Assembly: GCA_038108555.1 (NCBI GenBank)
Contig: JAYNIA010000031.1
Span: forward strand, 1-30,869
Direction: 5' to 3'
DNA: 30,869 nt
DNA from: Nitrospinota bacterium
Lineage (GTDB): Bacteria > Nitrospinota > Nitrospinia > Nitrospinales > VA-1
Under the pieces are notes generated by a model that was not told the origin of the DNA, searched no databases, and worked only from the letters and a program-made list of their open reading frames with translations. Every line of letters starts with the position of its first letter. Position 1 is the first letter of the stretch. Position numbers and translations under genes: made by a program. This document shows, one piece after another, positions 27,091 through 30,869 of this stretch.

Positions 27091-28557
27091 CTAGTCAATG
27101 TGGTAATTGGGTGCTTCTTTGGTGACGATCACATCGTGGACATGGCTTTCGCGCAGCCCCGAAGAAGTGATCTTAATAAATTTGGCATTTTTTCTTAAAT
27201 CATCGATGGAAGCGGCACCACAATATCCCATCCCAGCGCGAAGTCCTCCCAGCAGTTGGTGGACGGTGAAGGAAAGGGCCCCCCGGTAGGGAATGCGGGC
27301 CTCCACCCCTTCGGGCACCAGTTTGCTTTCGGATAGTTCCAGCTCCTGGAAATAACGGTCGCTGGACCCTTGCGACATGGCGCCGATGGAACCCATGCCG
27401 CGGTATTCCTTATAGCTCCTGCCCTGATAGAGAATTTTTTCTCCCGGACTTTCCTCGGTGCCTGCGAAAAGGGACCCGATCATTACGGTGCTGGCACCTG
27501 CGGCAATTGCTTTGGTGACATCTCCTGAAAGTTTTATGCCTCCATCTGAAATTACCGGTATGTTTTTCTTTTCAGCAATCTTCACACATTCAGCAACAGC
27601 CGATATTTGCGGGACACCCACGCCACTCACAACCCGTGTGGTGCAGATGGAGCCGGGACCGATTCCCACCTTCACCGCATCGACACCTGCATTGATGAGT
27701 GCGGTAGTTCCTTCTGCTGTGGCAACATTGCCGCCAATGATTTGTAGTTTCGGGAAAGATTTTTTGATTGCGCGAATCGTGCTCAATACTTTTTCTGAAT
27801 GACCGTGGGCGCTGTCGATAACCAGTACATCTAGGCCCACACGCACAAGATCATCAATATGTTCTTCCGGATTCTGGCTTACGCCTAAAGCCGCGCCTAC
27901 CAATAACCGGCCTTTGGAGTCCTTAGCCGCATTGGGAAACTGCCCGGCTTTTTCTATGTCTTTAATCGTGATCAGCCCTTTAAGGTTCCCCTTTTTATCC
28001 ACCACCAGTAGTTTTTCGATTCGGTTTTCATGAAGGATCTGTTTCGATTTGGAAAGAGGAGTTCCTTCAGGAATGGTGACCAGATCTTCCCGTGTCATCA
28101 GGTATTTAATTTTTTTGTTGAGGTTGTTTTCAAATCTTAAGTCCCGGTTGGTCAAAATTCCTACCAGCTTTTTCTTCTGCGTTATGGGAATTCCCGTGAT
28201 GTTGTACTTTTTCATGACCTGAAGGGCTTCGCTTATTTTCTGCTCCGGCTCCATGGTGATCGGGTCGGGAATCATTGCACTTACCGAACGCTTGACCTTG
28301 TCCACCATTTTTCGCTGCCTTTCCGGGGTCAGGTTACGGTGGATGATACCAATGCCTCCTTCCTGGGCGAGGGCGATCGCCAGATTGGTTTCGGTAACCG
28401 TATCCATGGGTGCGGCGATCAACGGACAATTTAGTTTGATTTTTCGCGTTAAACGGGTGGAAAGATCCACATTATTGGGCAACACCTTGGAGTAGGCAGG
28501 AAGCAACAATACATCATCAAAAGTCAGGTAAGTCGGTACCTTTTGGGGGTCAATCAT
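27091..28557 (-). CDS. guaB: IMP dehydrogenase with CBS pair
   Basis: [22 protein letters not shown], catalytic [17 protein letters not shown] and ESHVHDV. Confidence 0.98.
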   Translation of the reverse strand: MIDPQKVPTYLTFDDVLLLPAYSKVLPNNVDLSTRLTRKIKLNCPLIAAPMDTVTETNLAIALAQEGGIGIIHRNLTPERQRKMVDKVKRSVSAMIPDPITMEPEQKISEALQVMKKYNITGIPITQKKKLVGILTNRDLRFENNLNKKIKYLMTREDLVTIPEGTPLSKSKQILHENRIEKLLVVDKKGNLKGLITIKDIEKAGQFPNAAKDSKGRLLVGAALGVSQNPEEHIDDLVRVGLDVLVIDSAHGHSEKVLSTIRAIKKSFPKLQIIGGNVATAEGTTALINAGVDAVKVGIGPGSICTTRVVSGVGVPQISAVAECVKIAEKKNIPVISDGGIKLSGDVTKAIAAGASTVMIGSLFAGTEESPGEKILYQGRSYKEYRGMGSIGAMSQGSSDRYFQELELSESKLVPEGVEARIPYRGALSFTVHQLLGGLRAGMGYCGAASIDDLRKNAKFIKITSSGLRESHVHDVIVTKEAPNYHID

Positions 28558-28599
28558 AGGCTTTTATAAAATATAATAGGTATAAAATGTAAAATCCCA

Positions 28600-28608
28600 A
28601 TACTAGCA
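28600..28608 (-). promoter_or_regulatory. Possible extended -10 (TGcTAGTAT) of guaBA
   Basis: Minus-strand TG-C-TAGTAT about 43 nt upstream of the guaB ATG. The -35 is weak (ATGCAA at 18-nt spacing). Confidence 0.3.
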
Positions 28609-28684
28609 CGGGTTCCCATATTCTTGCATTAGATTTCTAGGGTACCCGTTTTAAAATGTTTCTAAAAGAGTCTGTACCTCAACG

Positions 28685-30172
28685 ATGAAAAAAATACTTT
28701 TTAGCCTGATATTGCTGGGCCTTGTCACCTTTCTATATTCTCAGCCATCTTTTAAGGGTGCGGAGAAGCCAATAAAGAAGATTTCCCATCAATCCTTTTT
28801 TGAAGGGGAGGGGGAGAGGGAAGATTGGTTGGGTACCTATTACCAGGGAAAAAAAATGGGGTTCACCAAATCAAAAACCCGCTGGAATTCCCAAGGAGTT
28901 GTGATGGATTCAACGGTGTTTTTCAAAATCCGCTCAAAGTCGGTAGACCAATCCACCACGATTAAACAAACCACGCGACTTAGCCCCGACTTCAAGTTGT
29001 TGGGTTTCTCACTTTTACAGGAAATCTCGGGGCACCGGCAACAAGTTGAAGGGAAGATGGAAGGCAATGAACTTCGTTATCGAACCAAATCGCTGGGTTA
29101 CGATAAAGAAAAGACACTGAAATTTGAGGATGGGACCGCACCCTCTTCCACATTTCTTATTAATTTGATTTCAGCAGGAATAAAGGTGGGACAACGGGGA
29201 AAGATCAAGTTGTTCATGGAGCCTTTGCAGCAGATTGTAGATTTGGAATATGAAGTCCTGAGGGAAGAGTCCTACTCCTATGAAGGGGAGTCAGTAGACA
29301 CGTTTGTGATTCGGGAAAAATATATTGGCATAGAATCCACCATGTGGGTGGGACACGATGGAATTGTTTACCGTGAATTAACCAATATGGGATTCGAGTC
29401 TTTCAAGGAGGAACCCGAGGTTGCACAGAAAATAGATGAAGCCATGACGATCAGCAGTGTCATAACCATGAGTCTGGTGAAACCGAACAAACCTCTGCCG
29501 AGTCCTCATAAAACGTATGACCTGATTTATGAAATTCAACCCGTGAGTTCGACCCGAGGTATTCCGGAAGACCATCGGCAAAAAATAATAAGTAATGAAT
29601 TACTGGGTGATGGGAAAAATATCACGACAATCCGGGTAAAAAGTGAACCAAAAAATCTGGATGACTCCCCTCCAACAAAAGAAGGTCTAAAATTAGACCC
29701 AAGGTATTTGGAAGAAACTGCTGAGGTGCAGTCACGTCACAAATTGATCCAGGCTCTGGCCAGGGAATTGTCGGCGGACAGTAAAAGCAAATGGCAATTG
29801 GCGAAAGATATTAATTTATGGGTCCACCTGAACCTGAGAAAAGAGATGGTGGATACGGTAACAGCAGTGGATGCGCTGCTTGAAAGGCGCGGGGAGTGTC
29901 AATCTCACACCTTTTTGTTTGCCGCTTTGGCTCGGGCTTCGGGCATTCCAACCCGTATAGTCAATGGGTTGGTGTATTCAAAAGAGTACGAAGGGTTTCT
30001 TTATCACGCCTGGCCGGAAGTATTTGTGGGAGAATGGAGGGCGATGGACCCCACTTTTGGACAAATTCGAGCCGATGCAACGCATATCAAATTGACCGAA
30101 GATTCTGATGAAAGCCCGTTTCGCCTTATGGAATTTGTCGGTAAGATATCCATAAGCTGGTCCCGCCCTTGA
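28685..30172 (+). CDS. Exported or membrane-anchored transglutaminase-like domain protein
   Basis: N-terminal hydrophobic signal. Intact Cys-His-Asp triad: RGECQSH, AALARASGIPTRIVNG, YHAWPEV, W..MDPT. Confidence 0.88.
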   Translation: MKKILFSLILLGLVTFLYSQPSFKGAEKPIKKISHQSFFEGEGEREDWLGTYYQGKKMGFTKSKTRWNSQGVVMDSTVFFKIRSKSVDQSTTIKQTTRLSPDFKLLGFSLLQEISGHRQQVEGKMEGNELRYRTKSLGYDKEKTLKFEDGTAPSSTFLINLISAGIKVGQRGKIKLFMEPLQQIVDLEYEVLREESYSYEGESVDTFVIREKYIGIESTMWVGHDGIVYRELTNMGFESFKEEPEVAQKIDEAMTISSVITMSLVKPNKPLPSPHKTYDLIYEIQPVSSTRGIPEDHRQKIISNELLGDGKNITTIRVKSEPKNLDDSPPTKEGLKLDPRYLEETAEVQSRHKLIQALARELSADSKSKWQLAKDINLWVHLNLRKEMVDTVTAVDALLERRGECQSHTFLFAALARASGIPTRIVNGLVYSKEYEGFLYHAWPEVFVGEWRAMDPTFGQIRADATHIKLTEDSDESPFRLMEFVGKISISWSRP

Positions 30173-30258
30173 AATCAGCCTGCGCAGAAAATATCAAATT
30201 TCCATCTTTGTAATCCGTTAAAAATCAAATATTAACAAAGTATTTAAAAATCCTCCTC

Positions 30259-30287
30259 TTGATTTTCGCTTTTTATTCGTGTAATTT
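30259..30287 (+). promoter_or_regulatory. Putative distal sigma70 promoter upstream of nrdJ (TTGATT-N17-TAATTT)
   Basis: TTGATT 30259-30264, 17-nt spacer, TAATTT 30282-30287. Confidence 0.4.
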
Positions 30288-30363
30288 GGAATTATCCTAG
30301 GTGCCTGAAACCTTTATGATTTTTGGCCTTGGTCGAAAGTTACGACGGGGTCACAGAATTTCG

Positions 30364-30392
30364 TTGACAACCCCATATCTTGTATATATTTT
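30364..30392 (+). promoter_or_regulatory. Putative proximal sigma70 promoter of nrdJ (TTGACA-N17-TATTTT)
   Basis: Consensus -35 TTGACA 30364-30369 and -10 TATTTT 30387-30392. The spacer is occupied by NrdR box 1. Confidence 0.65.
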
Positions 30393-30416
30393 GTTTGGCA
30401 ACACAAAATATGGATA
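30370..30416 (+). promoter_or_regulatory. Tandem NrdR boxes
   Basis: ACCCCATATCTTGTAT (30370-30385) and ACACAAAATATGGATA (30401-30416) match the consensus acaCwAtATaTwGtgt. They start 31 bp apart, upstream of a ribonucleotide reductase gene. Confidence 0.8.
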
Positions 30417-30540
30417 TTTTGTGTTTTACCTGATTTTTAATTTCCAAGTTAATAAGGGCCGGGAGAAGTCAAAAATTTATATGCCCCTTATTCAATATAA
30501 CTAACTAATTTTATTGGCCCTATAGTATTGCGGAGTTTTT

Positions 30541-30869
30541 ATGCGAATTGATCGAAAGTTCACTAGAGAATCCCAGGATCCATTCGAGGGAATTCAATTT
30601 GTCGAGCGGGTATCCAAAATCAACAACGCTGACGGTTCTTTGGTTGCTGAGATCAAGAACGTGCTTGTGCCAGACACCTGGTCCCAGGTGGCGGTGGACA
30701 TCATGGCCCAGAAATATTTCCGTAAAGCCGGTGTTCCTGCTCGATTGAAAAAGAAATTTGAGCCGGGAATGCCCGAATGGCTTTGTCCATCAGTTCCAGA
30801 TGAAGAAGCTCTCAATCAACTCCCGGTTTCTGCACAATACACACGAGAAGCAACGTCTAAAGAAGTGGT
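30541..30869 (+). CDS. nrdJ: Class II (adenosylcobalamin-dependent) ribonucleotide reductase, N-terminal part, runs off the window
   Basis: Own translation from ATG 30541 (GGAG SD): MRIDRKFTRESQDPFEGIQF...NADGSLV...VPDTWSQVAVDIMAQKYFRKAGVP...PEWL, a typical NrdJ N-terminus. NrdR boxes upstream. Absent from the ORF track because there is no stop in the window. Confidence 0.9.
   Translation, partial: MRIDRKFTRESQDPFEGIQFVERVSKINNADGSLVAEIKNVLVPDTWSQVAVDIMAQKYFRKAGVPARLKKKFEPGMPEWLCPSVPDEEALNQLPVSAQYTREATSKEV

Noticed and set aside
454..30108. The many 60-117 aa alternative-frame and antisense ORFs nested in long genes
   Set aside because: They overlap confidently identified genes and show no recognisable motifs. 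They are typical shadow ORFs.
30290..30540. Cobalamin riboswitch before nrdJ
   Set aside because: It starts with AGGTGC but lacks the GGGAA...GCCACTG core and B12 box.
30301..30815. ORF-track ORFs 30301-30504, 30548-30748 and 30594-30815
   Set aside because: They overlap the NrdR boxes or the true nrdJ frame starting at 30541 and have no protein-like features.
1..30869. CRISPR arrays, tRNA/rRNA genes, IS elements, defence systems
   Set aside because: No regularly spaced repeats, cloverleaf/T-loop signatures, transposases or recognisable defence domains were seen by eye.

Overview
A gene-dense bacterial chromosomal segment, mostly housekeeping. The gene content is reminiscent of Nitrospinota-like aquatic bacteria, but taxonomy cannot be proven from this window. 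In order: 3' part of pepF; a protein with a long disordered N/Q/R/G/S-rich N-terminus; dacB; a small membrane-protein gene broken by one in-frame TAA; a PfkB/adenosine-kinase-like kinase; a BamE/SmpA-like lipoprotein; a HAD phosphatase; mpl; a radical-SAM-like protein lacking CxxxCxxC; an intact radical SAM enzyme; a thioredoxin-like protein; a UPF0182 membrane protein; purSQLF (minus strand); a GT-C-like membrane glycosyltransferase; a fused class II aldolase/SDR; a minus-strand accessory block after guaBA (AT-rich 2OG-Fe(II)-oxygenase-like gene, FGE/SUMF1-like protein, Tat-exported sulfite-oxidase-family Mo enzyme, PiT-family transporter); guaA; guaB; a transglutaminase-like protein; and the 5' end of class II ribonucleotide reductase nrdJ (absent from the ORF track) behind tandem NrdR boxes. 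No rRNA, tRNA, CRISPR array, integrase or transposase was recognised. The best candidates for new biology are the cluster-less radical SAM paralogue beside an intact radical SAM operon, the oxygenase/FGE/Mo-enzyme/PiT block, repeated leaderless-type promoter architecture, structured non-coding regions (5421-5570 and the nrdJ leader), and a Pro-rich uORF coupled to the disordered protein.
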